From NCBI GenBank assembly GCA_963729625.1, contig CAVSOU010000010.1, forward strand, positions 416,001 to 480,000: a DNA stretch of 64,000 nucleotides. Direction: 5' to 3'. A program made the position numbers and the translations under genes. The first letter of the stretch is position 1. The number at the start of each line of letters is the position of its first letter. Positions 40,262 to 50,177 of the stretch are shown here, one piece after another. The notes below the pieces were generated by a model that was not told where the DNA came from, did no database searches, and was given only the letters and a program-made list of their open reading frames with translations. The stretch is from an uncultured bacterium (lineage in GTDB: Bacteria; Chloroflexota; UBA5177; JANWHV01).

Positions 40262-41335
40262 ATGCCCACCGAAATCACCAAGGACCACGTCATTCGGCAG
40301 ATTGTCGACGCGTTTCCAGGCATCGACCAGGTATTTAAAGCACATGGACTTCCCTGCACTGGCTGCCACGTGTCAACGTATGAGACGGTAGCTGGGGGAG
40401 CACGGACCCACTCACTCGATCTTGAAGCCTTGTTGTCGGACTTGAACAGATTCTCGGCCACGGGTGAGGTACCGCCTCCCAAGAAGATCAGTGTCGTGAA
40501 TCGCCAAGCCGCATATCCCGAGCGTCGCGAAAGCATCAAGCACGTCATCGCAATAATGAGCGGCAAGGGAGGAGTGGGCAAGTCGCTTGTCACGGGTCTG
40601 CTTGCCGTCACACTGCGGCGGTCTGGCTACAAGGTCGGCATTCTTGACGGCGATATCACCGGGCCTAGCATCCCCAAGATGTTCGGACTCCCGGCAAAGG
40701 CGATGCCTGAGGGCACTCTAGATGCCCCACGATCGTCTACCGGCATCGCCGTGATGTCCATGAATCTGCTCCTCGAGTCAGAGGACCAGGCCGTGATCTG
40801 GCGCGGACCAATGGTGGCGGGTGCTATCAAGCAGTTCTATAGCGATGTGGAGTGGGGCGAGCTCGATTTTCTCCTGGTCGACCTTCCACCTGGCACGTCT
40901 GACGCACCGATGACCACGATGCAGGCACTGCCTCTCGACGGCGTGATCGTGGTCAGTACCCCACAAGGACTGGCGACCATGGTAGTGGCCAAGGCCGTGC
41001 ATATGGCTCAGAAACTCGACGTGCCTATCCTGGGTGTGGTCGAGAACATGGGTTACTTCAATCTTCCGCATAGTGGGGAGCAGTACGAGCTGTTTGGTCC
41101 CAGCCAGGGACAACACCTTGTGGCAATGACTGGGGCTCCGATGCTCGGCAGGCTGCCCATCGACCCCCGGATCGCGGCACTCTGCGATTCGGGCGAGATT
41201 GAGACCTATGAATCCGGACCATGCAGCGAGCTGTCGGAAAACTTCCTCAAAATCGTCGAGCGGCCGCCTGAGCCTTCGCACGCCGCGGGAAGCCTTCTGC
41301 AAATTGGAAGAATAGCGCGACGGTCCGGAGGCTGA
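40262..41335 (+). CDS. mrp: Mrp/NBP35 (ApbC) P-loop ATPase with an N-terminal DUF1858-like domain
   Basis: SGKGGVGKS, DGDITGPS, IWRGP, VDLPPGTSD, VENM; N-terminus HGLPCTGCH..ETV..GA..H. Confidence 0.88.
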   Translation: MPTEITKDHVIRQIVDAFPGIDQVFKAHGLPCTGCHVSTYETVAGGARTHSLDLEALLSDLNRFSATGEVPPPKKISVVNRQAAYPERRESIKHVIAIMSGKGGVGKSLVTGLLAVTLRRSGYKVGILDGDITGPSIPKMFGLPAKAMPEGTLDAPRSSTGIAVMSMNLLLESEDQAVIWRGPMVAGAIKQFYSDVEWGELDFLLVDLPPGTSDAPMTTMQALPLDGVIVVSTPQGLATMVVAKAVHMAQKLDVPILGVVENMGYFNLPHSGEQYELFGPSQGQHLVAMTGAPMLGRLPIDPRIAALCDSGEIETYESGPCSELSENFLKIVERPPEPSHAAGSLLQIGRIARRSGG

Positions 41336-41516
41336 ACAGCGTACGCGACGACGCGCGGAACGGTGCGAACTGGGCTGGCTTGTGACCGGCCGCGCGGCCA
41401 CACACCATGTACCGGCGCGCGCGCGGCGACAGCGTGCGTCTGCCTGCGCTGTGGAAGCCCGGCAGGCTGGGCCTGCGTCAGGTCGTGGTGCCGGTCACGC
41501 CGCAAGGTTGGCCGCA

Positions 41517-41684
41517 CTATGTGGAAGGCGTATTTGGTCCAGCACCGCCTTCGAACAGGTTGAACTTGAAGAGCAGGACGAGGCCGACTATGAGTGCCAG
41601 AACAACGATAGCCGTCACGATCGCCAGCCACGCCATCGCACTGTCGTTTGTCTGATCGCCCTCGACTTTGCGGAGTTCGGACAC
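41517..41684 (-). CDS. Small (55 aa) single-pass membrane protein
   Basis: MSELRKVEGDQTNDSAMAWLAIVTAIVVLALIVGLVLLFKFNLFEGGAGPNTPST; GAGG upstream; below the ORF-track size cut-off. Confidence 0.65.
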   Translation of the reverse strand: MSELRKVEGDQTNDSAMAWLAIVTAIVVLALIVGLVLLFKFNLFEGGAGPNTPST

Positions 41685-41898
41685 AGAGAGTTGCCTCGCG
41701 TCTGGCCAACTTTCGAGTTGGGACCAAGCACTGCAGACGGCAGATGCACATCACCGCCGAAGCACCGAATCCGCGGAGATTGGCGTTGCCTGCACTCAGC
41801 CGATTGCGAATCCGGCCGGGTTGCGGGGAAATCGGTCCCGCAACCCGGGTGCATATCCAACTCCGATCTGCGAACCTGTCCGCAGCCTGAGCTTCTAC

Positions 41899-42909
41899 TT
41901 ACTTGTACGACCTCGCCATCACGTCCAGGGGGATAGCGGCATAATCGCCCGCATGGCCTGCCTGGCCAAATTGGGTCATCCTCTGCGCCACGACCTTTTG
42001 CATTGCCTCACGGGCCGGCTTGAGGTAGTCGCGGGGATCGAACTTCTCCGGGGTTTCGGTGAACACTTTGCGAATCGCTCCGGTGATGGCCAGACGGTTA
42101 TCAGTGTCCACGTTGACCTTCCGGACGCCGTTCCGGATACCGAGCTGGATCTCCTCGACCGGGACACCCCAGGTCGGCCGGAGCTTGCCACCGTACTGGT
42201 TGATGACATCCTGGAGGTCCTTCGGCACACTGGACGATCCGTGCATAACGAGATGCACCTTTGGAAGTCGCGTGTGTATCTCGATCAGCCGGTCCATCTT
42301 GAGCACCGAACCGTCCGGCTTGCTGGTGAACTTGTATGCGCCGTGACTGGTGCCAATCGCGATCGCCAGCGCGTCAAGGCCCGTCTTCGCGACGAACTCG
42401 ACTGCCTGGTCCGGATCGGTCACGTGCTCGAGTCCCGATCCACCGGCGCCATGGCCGTCCTCAATCCCGCCAAGGACGCCGATTTCGCCTTCCACGGTCA
42501 CGCCTTTGGCGTGCGCCATCTCGACTACCGCACGTGTCGCTTCGACGTTGTAGTCGAAAGTGGAAGGAGTCTTTCCGTCCGGCATCAGCGATCCATCCAT
42601 CATCACGCTGGTGAACCCAAGGTCGATTGCCGACTTGCATGTCTCCACGCTGTTCCCATGGTCGAGGTGCATGACCAAGGGAATCTCGGGATACAGCTCG
42701 GCAGCGGCCAGCATGAGGTGATAGAGAAACTTGTCCTGCGAGTACGAACGAGCGCCGCGACTTGCCTGGATAATCACAGGCGATTTCGTCTCGCGGGCAG
42801 CTTCCATGATCGCCTGGATTTGCTCCATGTTGTTCACGTTGAACGCACCGACGCCGTAGCCGCCCTTGGAGGCCTCGTCGAGAACCTGTCGCATTGAAAC
42901 TAAGGGCAT
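41899..42909 (-). CDS. fba: Class II fructose-bisphosphate aldolase
   Basis: [44 protein letters not shown]. Confidence 0.96.
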   Translation of the reverse strand: MPLVSMRQVLDEASKGGYGVGAFNVNNMEQIQAIMEAARETKSPVIIQASRGARSYSQDKFLYHLMLAAAELYPEIPLVMHLDHGNSVETCKSAIDLGFTSVMMDGSLMPDGKTPSTFDYNVEATRAVVEMAHAKGVTVEGEIGVLGGIEDGHGAGGSGLEHVTDPDQAVEFVAKTGLDALAIAIGTSHGAYKFTSKPDGSVLKMDRLIEIHTRLPKVHLVMHGSSSVPKDLQDVINQYGGKLRPTWGVPVEEIQLGIRNGVRKVNVDTDNRLAITGAIRKVFTETPEKFDPRDYLKPAREAMQKVVAQRMTQFGQAGHAGDYAAIPLDVMARSYK

Positions 42910-43184
42910 ACTGTGAGCTCTCCTCTCTTAGAAAGAAACCGGTTCTATGGTAGCGTTTTCTGGGCGCGCATGACAGGCACAAGCGTGGGCCATCGTTCAC
43001 CGGCCCCGTATCGGCGCAAGTTGTAAACATCGCGCACGGGCAGAGTGCCTGCGCCGCACCCCAGATCCCGGCACCGCGCGTTCCCAAGAACCGGACGGAC
43101 ACGATGTCCGCGTCCCGGCAAATGACGGCGCACGGTCGATCGCCGTTGTCGTTCGCCCGTAGCGACTGAGGGACGGGGGTGCCC

Positions 43185-43193
43185 TGGTATACT
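43185..43193 (+). promoter_or_regulatory. Extended -10 promoter of ychF
   Basis: TG-G-TATACT just upstream of the GAGGAGG RBS. Confidence 0.55.
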
Positions 43194-43210
43194 CCCCCGA
43201 GGAGGATTTC

Positions 43211-44317
43211 GTGAGTCTACAAATGGGCATCGTGGGGCTGCCGAACGTCGGCAAGTCCACGCTATTCAACGCGCTGACAGCTGCCGGCGCTGCAGTTGCA
43301 AACTACCCGTTCTGCACTATTGATCCCAACGTCGGCGTTGTGGAAGTACCGGATGAGCGGCTGCACGTCCTCGCCGACATGGTGCATCCGAAGAAGATCG
43401 TGCCAGCCACCATGGAATTCCTGGATATTGCTGGGCTCGTGCGCGGGGCCAGCAAAGGTGAAGGGCTCGGAAATCAATTTCTCGGCCATATACGAGGCGT
43501 GAACGCCATCGGCATGGTGGTGCGCTGCTTTTCCGACACCAACGTCATGCACGTGGAGGGCACTGTCGAGCCAAAGCGCGATATAGAGACTATCACCATT
43601 GAGCTATGCCTCGCCGACTTGCAGGCCGTTACGAAGCGCGCCGACCGTTCCCGCAAAGCCGCAAAATCCGGAGACAAGAAGCTGCTGGCCGAGGCAGATA
43701 CGCTCGACGAGCTTGCGGCGCATCTCAACCAAGGTCTCCCGGCTCGAACATTTGAGCTGACTGAGGGTCTGGCGCCGATCTTACAGGAGCTGCATCTGTT
43801 GACGGCCAAACCCGTGCTGTATATTGCCAATCTCGACGAATCCGACATGGCGACGCTGAATGTGCGCAAACCTGCCAGCCTCGAAGCCGTCGAGGCATAC
43901 GCCAATGCTGAAGGAGCGCAGGCAGTTGCGGTGAGCGCGAAGATCGAAGCCGAGCTCGGCGAGCTCGGGCCGGAAGAAGCTGCGTTTTACTTGTCGGAGC
44001 TTGGCCTTCCCGAGGGCGGCCTGCCACGGATGATCACGGCGAGCTACGCGTTGCTCGATTTGATTACGTTCCTGACTGCCGGTGAGCCTGAAGTACGCGC
44101 GTGGACTATCCGCAGGGGTACACGGGCCCCCCAAGCAGCAGGTACAATCCACACTGACATCGAGCGCGGCTTCATCCGCGCGGAAGTCACGGCCTACAGC
44201 GAACTGATCGCGGCCGGCTCATTTGCAGTGGCACGAGAGCGGGGCGTAACCAGGCTGGAAGGCAAAGAGTATGTGATGCAGGACGGAGACGTTGTCTACT
44301 TCCGCTTTAACGTATGA
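43211..44317 (+). CDS. ychF: Redox-regulated ATPase YchF
   Basis: GIVGLPNVGKST, NYPFCTIDPN, DIAGLV.GAS.GEGLGN, GFIRAEV, YFRFNV. Confidence 0.97.
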   Translation: MSLQMGIVGLPNVGKSTLFNALTAAGAAVANYPFCTIDPNVGVVEVPDERLHVLADMVHPKKIVPATMEFLDIAGLVRGASKGEGLGNQFLGHIRGVNAIGMVVRCFSDTNVMHVEGTVEPKRDIETITIELCLADLQAVTKRADRSRKAAKSGDKKLLAEADTLDELAAHLNQGLPARTFELTEGLAPILQELHLLTAKPVLYIANLDESDMATLNVRKPASLEAVEAYANAEGAQAVAVSAKIEAELGELGPEEAAFYLSELGLPEGGLPRMITASYALLDLITFLTAGEPEVRAWTIRRGTRAPQAAGTIHTDIERGFIRAEVTAYSELIAAGSFAVARERGVTRLEGKEYVMQDGDVVYFRFNV

Positions 44318-44405
44318 GCTGACAGGCACACAGGACCACGAACTCGCGCCCGGGGCCGCGCAGAGTCAGTCCGTGAGGGAAACCCGCCAGTCTCGCTTGG
44401 TGTCG

Positions 44406-44633
44406 ATGCCGGTTGGCGTCTCCATCGACGATCGACGTGCGACCCTCAACTGGGCTCTTTCGGCGGTCATCGCATCGGCCGTGGCGGCCTATATGGCCGC
44501 GGAATCTCGAGGCCCGATGGACGACACCACTAGAGCGAGCTGGGCTGATGAGGAGCTGTATCGCGACCTGCGCGGCGCGGGGCCCTGGCCTTCCGGCCGC
44601 GCTTCATGGCACAGGGCAGAGCGACCCCGGTGA
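44406..44633 (+). CDS. Small acyl-CoA carboxylase epsilon/accessory-subunit-like protein
   Basis: AVIASAVAAYM...SW...R pattern; stop overlaps the GTG of the carboxylase gene. Confidence 0.5.
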   Translation: MPVGVSIDDRRATLNWALSAVIASAVAAYMAAESRGPMDDTTRASWADEELYRDLRGAGPWPSGRASWHRAERPR

Positions 44634-46423
44634 GCGGACGCATTGGCACGTCCGAGCGCCGGCTGCGCAGGGTACTCGTCGCCAGCCGAGGCGAGGCAGC
44701 TATTCGAGTAATCCAGGCATGCCGCGAGCTCGGAGCAGTGAGTGTAGCCGTGTACCGGGACGATGAGTCGCACGCACCGCATGTGCGGCTCGCGGACGAA
44801 GCCATCCCGCTCGGCGCATCGCGCGACAGCTATTTGAGCATCGACCGCATGCTCGAGGCGGCGCGTCGTGCCCGTGCCGATGCCGTGCATCCTGGCTCTG
44901 GACTGCTTGCTGAAAGTCCGGACTTTGCACGCGCATGCACAGCGAAAGGGCTGGCCTTTGTCGGGCCTTCGCCTGAAGCCATGATTGCCGTCGGCGCACG
45001 GACACGCGCGCGAAGCTTGGCGGTGCATGTGGGAATCCCGGTACTGGCAGATGAGCCGGAGATCATTCGCGACGACGCCCACGCGGTTGCCGTGGCCTCC
45101 CGTCTGGGATTTCCGCTCTCCGTGCTTCCTAGATCCGGGGCTGGAGGCCGCTCGCTGCAGATAGTACGGAAAGCGGACGACCTGGCGGATGCGATCAACC
45201 GCGTCCGGCATGAGGGACGGGTCTACTATGGTGACGACGGTGTCTGCGTGGAGCGGCATATCGCCGGACGTCGCCGCGTTGATGTGGACGTATTGGCCGA
45301 CATGCACGGCGACGCCCTAAGCCTGGGTCAGCGAGAGTGCCCGGTCCAGTATCTGCACCACAGGCTGATCGAGTTGTCGCCCGCTCGGTTGTCCGCGCAG
45401 CTGAGCCGAAGTCTTGATTCTGCCGCTGTCATGCTGGCGAAGGCCTGTGGGTACACGGGGGCTGGCACGTTCGAGTTCCTGGTTAACGGCGAAGAGTACT
45501 ATTTCCTGGGCGCTGTAAGGTGCCTTCAATCCGGGCACGCAGCAACAGAAATGGTCACGCGGATCGACATGGTGCAAGCCCAGCTGCGAATCGCCGGAGG
45601 CGAGAGAGTCTGGCTCGAACCTGGTGACGTACGGAGCGACGGCCACTCACTGTTGTGTCGAGTTCTTGCAGAGGCTTCCCAAACCAATGCCGTGCACGAT
45701 CGTGGAGCGTTTGCAGTCTATTGCGCGCCAACCGGCCCGGGGCTGCGGATCGACAGTGCGGTCTATGGGCGCTCTGACACAGAATCTTTGCAGGATTCGC
45801 TCATCGCGCAGGTATGCGCGTGGGGCCAAAATTCCGAAATGTCGCGGCAACGTATGATCCGGGCTTTGCGGGAGTTTGGCATTGAGGGCGCCCACACTAC
45901 AATTCCTTTTCTCTTGCGCGCGCTTCGGCATCCGCAAATAGCAGACGGCCATCTTTCCTCTGAGTTGGTTGAGCTTGTAGACGTCGCCGAATACGGCGAG
46001 CACACAAACGGCCGGCAACCTTCGGCGTTGACAGATGGCTTCGAAGACACTGCGCAAAAGAGTGGGAGTGCCAAGGCAGGTGGCAGGCGATTCAAGGTCT
46101 CCGTCGAGGGCCAACCATACGTGGTTGAGGTTGCCGAGCTTCCCCCACCAGGTCGAAGTTCACATCGAAGTCGCGCCGCGCGCCCATTGGTCACGAGGTC
46201 GGACGGCGTAGTAACAAGCCCTATGCGCGGCACGGTTGTGGAGCTGGCAGTATCGGAGGGCACATTCGTAAAAGAGGGCGCCGTACTTTGTACGATCGAA
46301 GCAATGAAGATGGAAAATGAAGTTCGTGCGCCACGTTCTGGGGTCGTTGCCGGCATCGAGGCGCGACCGGGCGACGGCGTCGCTGCCGGAGCGACGCTCA
46401 TGCGAGTGACCACGCAGGGATAG
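44630..46423 (+). CDS. Biotin carboxylase-BCCP fusion with a degenerate carboxylase active site
   Basis: Biotin carboxylase fold motifs (ASRGEAAIRV, VHPGSGLLAES, GAGTFEFL) and an intact EAMKMENE biotin site. Confidence 0.85.
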   Translation: MSGRIGTSERRLRRVLVASRGEAAIRVIQACRELGAVSVAVYRDDESHAPHVRLADEAIPLGASRDSYLSIDRMLEAARRARADAVHPGSGLLAESPDFARACTAKGLAFVGPSPEAMIAVGARTRARSLAVHVGIPVLADEPEIIRDDAHAVAVASRLGFPLSVLPRSGAGGRSLQIVRKADDLADAINRVRHEGRVYYGDDGVCVERHIAGRRRVDVDVLADMHGDALSLGQRECPVQYLHHRLIELSPARLSAQLSRSLDSAAVMLAKACGYTGAGTFEFLVNGEEYYFLGAVRCLQSGHAATEMVTRIDMVQAQLRIAGGERVWLEPGDVRSDGHSLLCRVLAEASQTNAVHDRGAFAVYCAPTGPGLRIDSAVYGRSDTESLQDSLIAQVCAWGQNSEMSRQRMIRALREFGIEGAHTTIPFLLRALRHPQIADGHLSSELVELVDVAEYGEHTNGRQPSALTDGFEDTAQKSGSAKAGGRRFKVSVEGQPYVVEVAELPPPGRSSHRSRAARPLVTRSDGVVTSPMRGTVVELAVSEGTFVKEGAVLCTIEAMKMENEVRAPRSGVVAGIEARPGDGVAAGATLMRVTTQG

Positions 46424-46650
46424 ATTGGGTGCCGGTCATTGCGCAGTTGAAGCCAACGGCCGAGCGCCGTATGGCGCCGTGCGGAGCCGCGTGAATGCGG
46501 GACTCGCCGGCAGGGACTTGCTAGCTTCTGAACCGGGCAAGCGGCAGGATGCGACGCTACCCGGCACGAGCCGATGTTTCGCAGAGCACGCTGACTTGGC
46601 GATAGGGGCACACAGGTGATCGATACGCCGCATTCTCACACCAGGGCGAC

Positions 46651-47145
46651 GTGAATCTGGATACACTCTGGCGGGTGCTAGCGTATGCCAGGGCCGAGAG
46701 TCAAGATGATGTCGACCGGACCGCCGGCATCGTCATGGAGCTATTGGTCGAGCAATCCATCGAGAGTATCATGGCGTTCGACCGTGTATTGTTCAATCTG
46801 GTCGCTCAGGCGTACACGCCCCAGCTTTGGGCCGCGAGCTACATCATCAATTACGGCACAACTGACGCGGGCTTCGAATACTTCGCGGGCTGGCTCATCG
46901 CTAGGGGCAAGGAGACATATGAGGCCGCGCTGGCCGATGCTGACTCACTGACGGACGTCGTCAGCGTCGATGAAGAGGCCGAATGTGAAAGCATGCTCTA
47001 TGTCGCCCAGTACGCCTACGAGCGGCGCATGGGAACCGAGATGCCAATTCGGAACCGGCGTCCGCCCCCCCGCGACGTTACGCTGTTGCGCGAGAGCGAG
47101 CTGCCTCAGCTTTGCCCCAGGCTCTGGGCGAAATTTAGCGCGTAG
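46651..47145 (+). CDS. DUF4240 domain protein
   Basis: LWAASYIIN.GTTDAGFEYFAGWLIARGKETYE..L...DSL...E..LYVA..AYE. Confidence 0.85.
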   Translation: MNLDTLWRVLAYARAESQDDVDRTAGIVMELLVEQSIESIMAFDRVLFNLVAQAYTPQLWAASYIINYGTTDAGFEYFAGWLIARGKETYEAALADADSLTDVVSVDEEAECESMLYVAQYAYERRMGTEMPIRNRRPPPRDVTLLRESELPQLCPRLWAKFSA

Positions 47146-47411
47146 GACAGTTCGGCGCGCTACGGCGTCCGGCAGCGTACCAATTCGCTTGCTCGTACCA
47201 TGCTCCCTGAGTAACGGGTGACCCGGCAAAGGGCCTGCTCGAGCACCGGGCAGGCCAAAGACGTCATGGAGCATGTGCTATATAGTTACAGTGAGGGTGT
47301 GTCTGCCTGGGCCAAAGTCGAGTTGCACGCACGGCGAAGCCGTTCAGTGGGGACTAGCTGGACCGCGCGTCAAGGAGCGACGCGAGATCCTCGGAGGCGG
47401 AGAAGAGGCTG

Positions 47412-48347
47412 ATGAACAAGGTCAAGGTGCGCTGCTCTGTCTGCGGAAAACCGTTCAAGACGCCGTCGCTCAAGAAGAATGTCTGCCCGTCATGCGAGGC
47501 GGAGGCCAAGCGCGCAAAGCATCATCAGACTGGGCCCCTCCCGGCTGCGCCGGTGGCCGCTGCTACCTCGTCGGTCGATGTTCGAGCGGCACTGCGAGCT
47601 GCACAGGAAAACCAGGGTCAGTTTGGTGCGTATCGACCGCCCGCTCCGGCCCCGGCTGCGGCGCCTGTAGACTCAGCGCGTGGGCAGGGGGTACACGCGC
47701 CCGCCACTCACCCAAGCAGGCGTGAAGACAGGCCCGCTGTGCGAAAGCCGCGGCCCACGGGTCAGCCACGACAGCGCGTGCCTCATCCGCCCAGGGAACC
47801 AAGGCCCCGCGTCGTGCAGAGGCCGTTTGAGCCAACGCCTGAGCAGACGGAGTCCGTGCGCCTTCGGTATCTGGAGCTCGCCCAGCCGGAGTTCGACGGC
47901 ATTCGGCATCAAATCGCGACCGAGCTCGGCATCCCCTTGCGGGTTATCAAGGATATCATCAAGAAGACTCGCGCAGAGGGTCAAATTCAAAGTTGGTGGG
48001 AACGCAACGGAGGGCTTCCGTCTCAAGAAGATCTCGCTCGCATAAGGGAGCTCTACCTGCCTTTGCTTCCAGAGCCTGATATAGGTGTTCACAAGGCTAT
48101 CGCCGCCCAGCTGCATTTGACCAACACGAGTGTGTACCAAGCAATCGGACAGATTCGGGCACAGCTTGAGCTTCCCCGATATCTTGACCGCGAGGGCGTG
48201 GAGCATTCAGGCGGCATCGCAGACGGCACTGCGGATTACGAACCGCCCGCGATCGAGGACGCCGGTCGGGACGCTGTCGGAAACTCCGCGCCACCCGACA
48301 CTACAGCCTCGGGAGTACCTGAATCCAAGCCGTTCGCCGGCGAATGA
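47412..48347 (+). CDS. Hypothetical protein: zinc ribbon, low-complexity linker and two HTH-like repeats
   Basis: CSVCGKPF...CPSC; repeats YLELAQPEFDGIRHQIATELGI and YLPLLPEPDIGVHKAIAAQLHL. Confidence 0.75.
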   Translation: MNKVKVRCSVCGKPFKTPSLKKNVCPSCEAEAKRAKHHQTGPLPAAPVAAATSSVDVRAALRAAQENQGQFGAYRPPAPAPAAAPVDSARGQGVHAPATHPSRREDRPAVRKPRPTGQPRQRVPHPPREPRPRVVQRPFEPTPEQTESVRLRYLELAQPEFDGIRHQIATELGIPLRVIKDIIKKTRAEGQIQSWWERNGGLPSQEDLARIRELYLPLLPEPDIGVHKAIAAQLHLTNTSVYQAIGQIRAQLELPRYLDREGVEHSGGIADGTADYEPPAIEDAGRDAVGNSAPPDTTASGVPESKPFAGE

Positions 48348-49351
48348 GCGAGCGATTCGGCGTTCGGGAACACGGAACTCCTGAGAGTGACGACCTCGCC
48401 TCCAGGGTGCTTCGTGGCGACGTTCGCGCGATTGCCCGGCTCATCACGTATGTTGAGAACGGCCGGGTGGAAGCCCGACTTGCTCTTGGACGGCTTTTTC
48501 CGCATACTGGCCGCGCGTATGTCATTGGGATAACTGGCGCGCCAGGCGCCGGAAAAAGCACCCTTGTCGACGGCCTTATCCGGCTTGCGCGTGCGGAAGG
48601 AGGCGAGGTAGCCGTGCTTGCCATCGATCCCAGCAGTCCATTTTCGGGCGGCGCAGTCCTTGGCGATCGCATCCGGATGCAGACGAATTCGAGCGATCCC
48701 CATGTCTTCATCCGCAGCATGGGCGCGCGAGGACACCTGGGTGGGCTTGCGCAGGCCACGCGCGATGCCGTGCGAGTGCTCGACGCAGGCGGCTACGCTC
48801 TGATTCTGGTAGAAACTGTTGGCGTCGGGCAGTCTGAACTCGACGTTGCGGCGGCTGCAGACACGACTGTCGTCGTCGTCACGCCGGGCATGGGCGACAC
48901 TGTTCAGACGCTTAAAGCAGGTATTCTGGAGATCGCCGACATCTTTGCGCTAAACAAGGCCGACCAGGATGGCGCTCGCCGGACTCTTCTAGCACTCAAC
49001 AGTGTGCTGCACATGGACTCATGCCGCGCCTGGCGAGCGGAGGTTGTTGAGACGCGTGCACACGAGGGACTGGGCCTGGAGGAACTATGGTCCGCGCTTC
49101 GCCGCCATCGCGCGTATCTCGAGAACGAAGGTGAGCTTATTGCGCGGAGGGCCCATCGCCTTCGTCACGAAGTGCACAGCCTTGTCGACAGCGGGATCCG
49201 TGCGACGGTTATCCCACGTCTGCTTGCGGCCGCTCGCTGGGAGCCGATCATGCAATCCGTGGCAGACCGAAAGCTAGATCCCGCCGCCGGCGCGGAAGAG
49301 ATACTGCGGCAGGTGGCTGTGGCTTCGAGTATCGGGCATGAGCGGTCGTAG
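48344..49351 (+). CDS. meaB: Methylmalonyl-CoA mutase-associated GTPase MeaB
   Basis: GITGAPGAGKST, DPSSPFSGGAVLGDRIRM, ETVGVGQSE, KAGILEIAD, NKAD. Confidence 0.95.
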   Translation: MSERFGVREHGTPESDDLASRVLRGDVRAIARLITYVENGRVEARLALGRLFPHTGRAYVIGITGAPGAGKSTLVDGLIRLARAEGGEVAVLAIDPSSPFSGGAVLGDRIRMQTNSSDPHVFIRSMGARGHLGGLAQATRDAVRVLDAGGYALILVETVGVGQSELDVAAAADTTVVVVTPGMGDTVQTLKAGILEIADIFALNKADQDGARRTLLALNSVLHMDSCRAWRAEVVETRAHEGLGLEELWSALRRHRAYLENEGELIARRAHRLRHEVHSLVDSGIRATVIPRLLAAARWEPIMQSVADRKLDPAAGAEEILRQVAVASSIGHERS

Positions 49352-49480
49352 CCGGGTTGGCCGATCTGCGTCGCGCGATGGAATGTGGCTACCATGCGAT
49401 TGAGCAAGTGAAGGTGCCAGGCCCGCTTGGCGGTGAGGTCCCCCGGTCCGGCAGCTACGAGTGCAGATGATAGGTTGAAC

Positions 49481-50050
49481 ATGATTGAGCCGCTACGACC
49501 CCTTCCAGAAAGAGCGCGGCAAATCCTCGAGGCGATGCACGCGCCGCCCAGGTTGCTGGCGCACCTCGCGCTCGTCCACGAAGTCGCCTATGAACTCCTT
49601 GACGGAATGTCCGTGGCGTGGCCTGACCTGCCGATCGACCGCGAAGCTGTGTTGATGGGCTCGGCCCTGCACGACGCGGGGAAGGCGGTTCACCGCGACG
49701 AGCTGACGACGTTGGGCAGCGAGCACGAGGACGATGGGCCGGGCCTGCTTGCCCAGCAGGGCGTGCCTCCTGACATCGCGCGATTCGCACGTACCCATGG
49801 CCAATGGGCAAGTGATCCGTCGGCCACAATCGAGGATCTGATAGTCGCGCTAGCCGACCAGTTGTGGATTGGGAAGCGCGATCAGAGTCTCGAGGACAGC
49901 ATCATCAGGCAGCTGGCAGAATTCAGCAGGGAGCCCCTCTGGAGCGCGTTCGCCGCGTTTGATGAGCTGGAGCTGACGGTGCTCGAGGGAGCCGGTCGGC
50001 GCTTCGCACTGTACAAAGCCATCGCAGACAGCGAAGATCGGCTGTCGTAG
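49481..50050 (+). CDS. HD-domain protein
   Basis: H...V, LHDAGK, HEDDG, RTH, ALADQL. Confidence 0.85.
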   Translation: MIEPLRPLPERARQILEAMHAPPRLLAHLALVHEVAYELLDGMSVAWPDLPIDREAVLMGSALHDAGKAVHRDELTTLGSEHEDDGPGLLAQQGVPPDIARFARTHGQWASDPSATIEDLIVALADQLWIGKRDQSLEDSIIRQLAEFSREPLWSAFAAFDELELTVLEGAGRRFALYKAIADSEDRLS

Positions 50051-50177
50051 CAAAGTCCAATGCCGGGGATCGTGGCCTGCGACGAATCACTCCGCTGATT
50101 GGCGGACCAGTCGGCGCCAGTGCCCCACCGACCTGCAGACGCACACCGGCCATCGGTCAGGAGTTGGCGCTGGCTGC

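Noticed and set aside
47278-47288. GCTATATAGTT shared with 60478-60488, vaguely NrdR-box-like
   Set aside because: Better explained as a TATAGT -10 element; downstream genes are not nucleotide-reductase genes.
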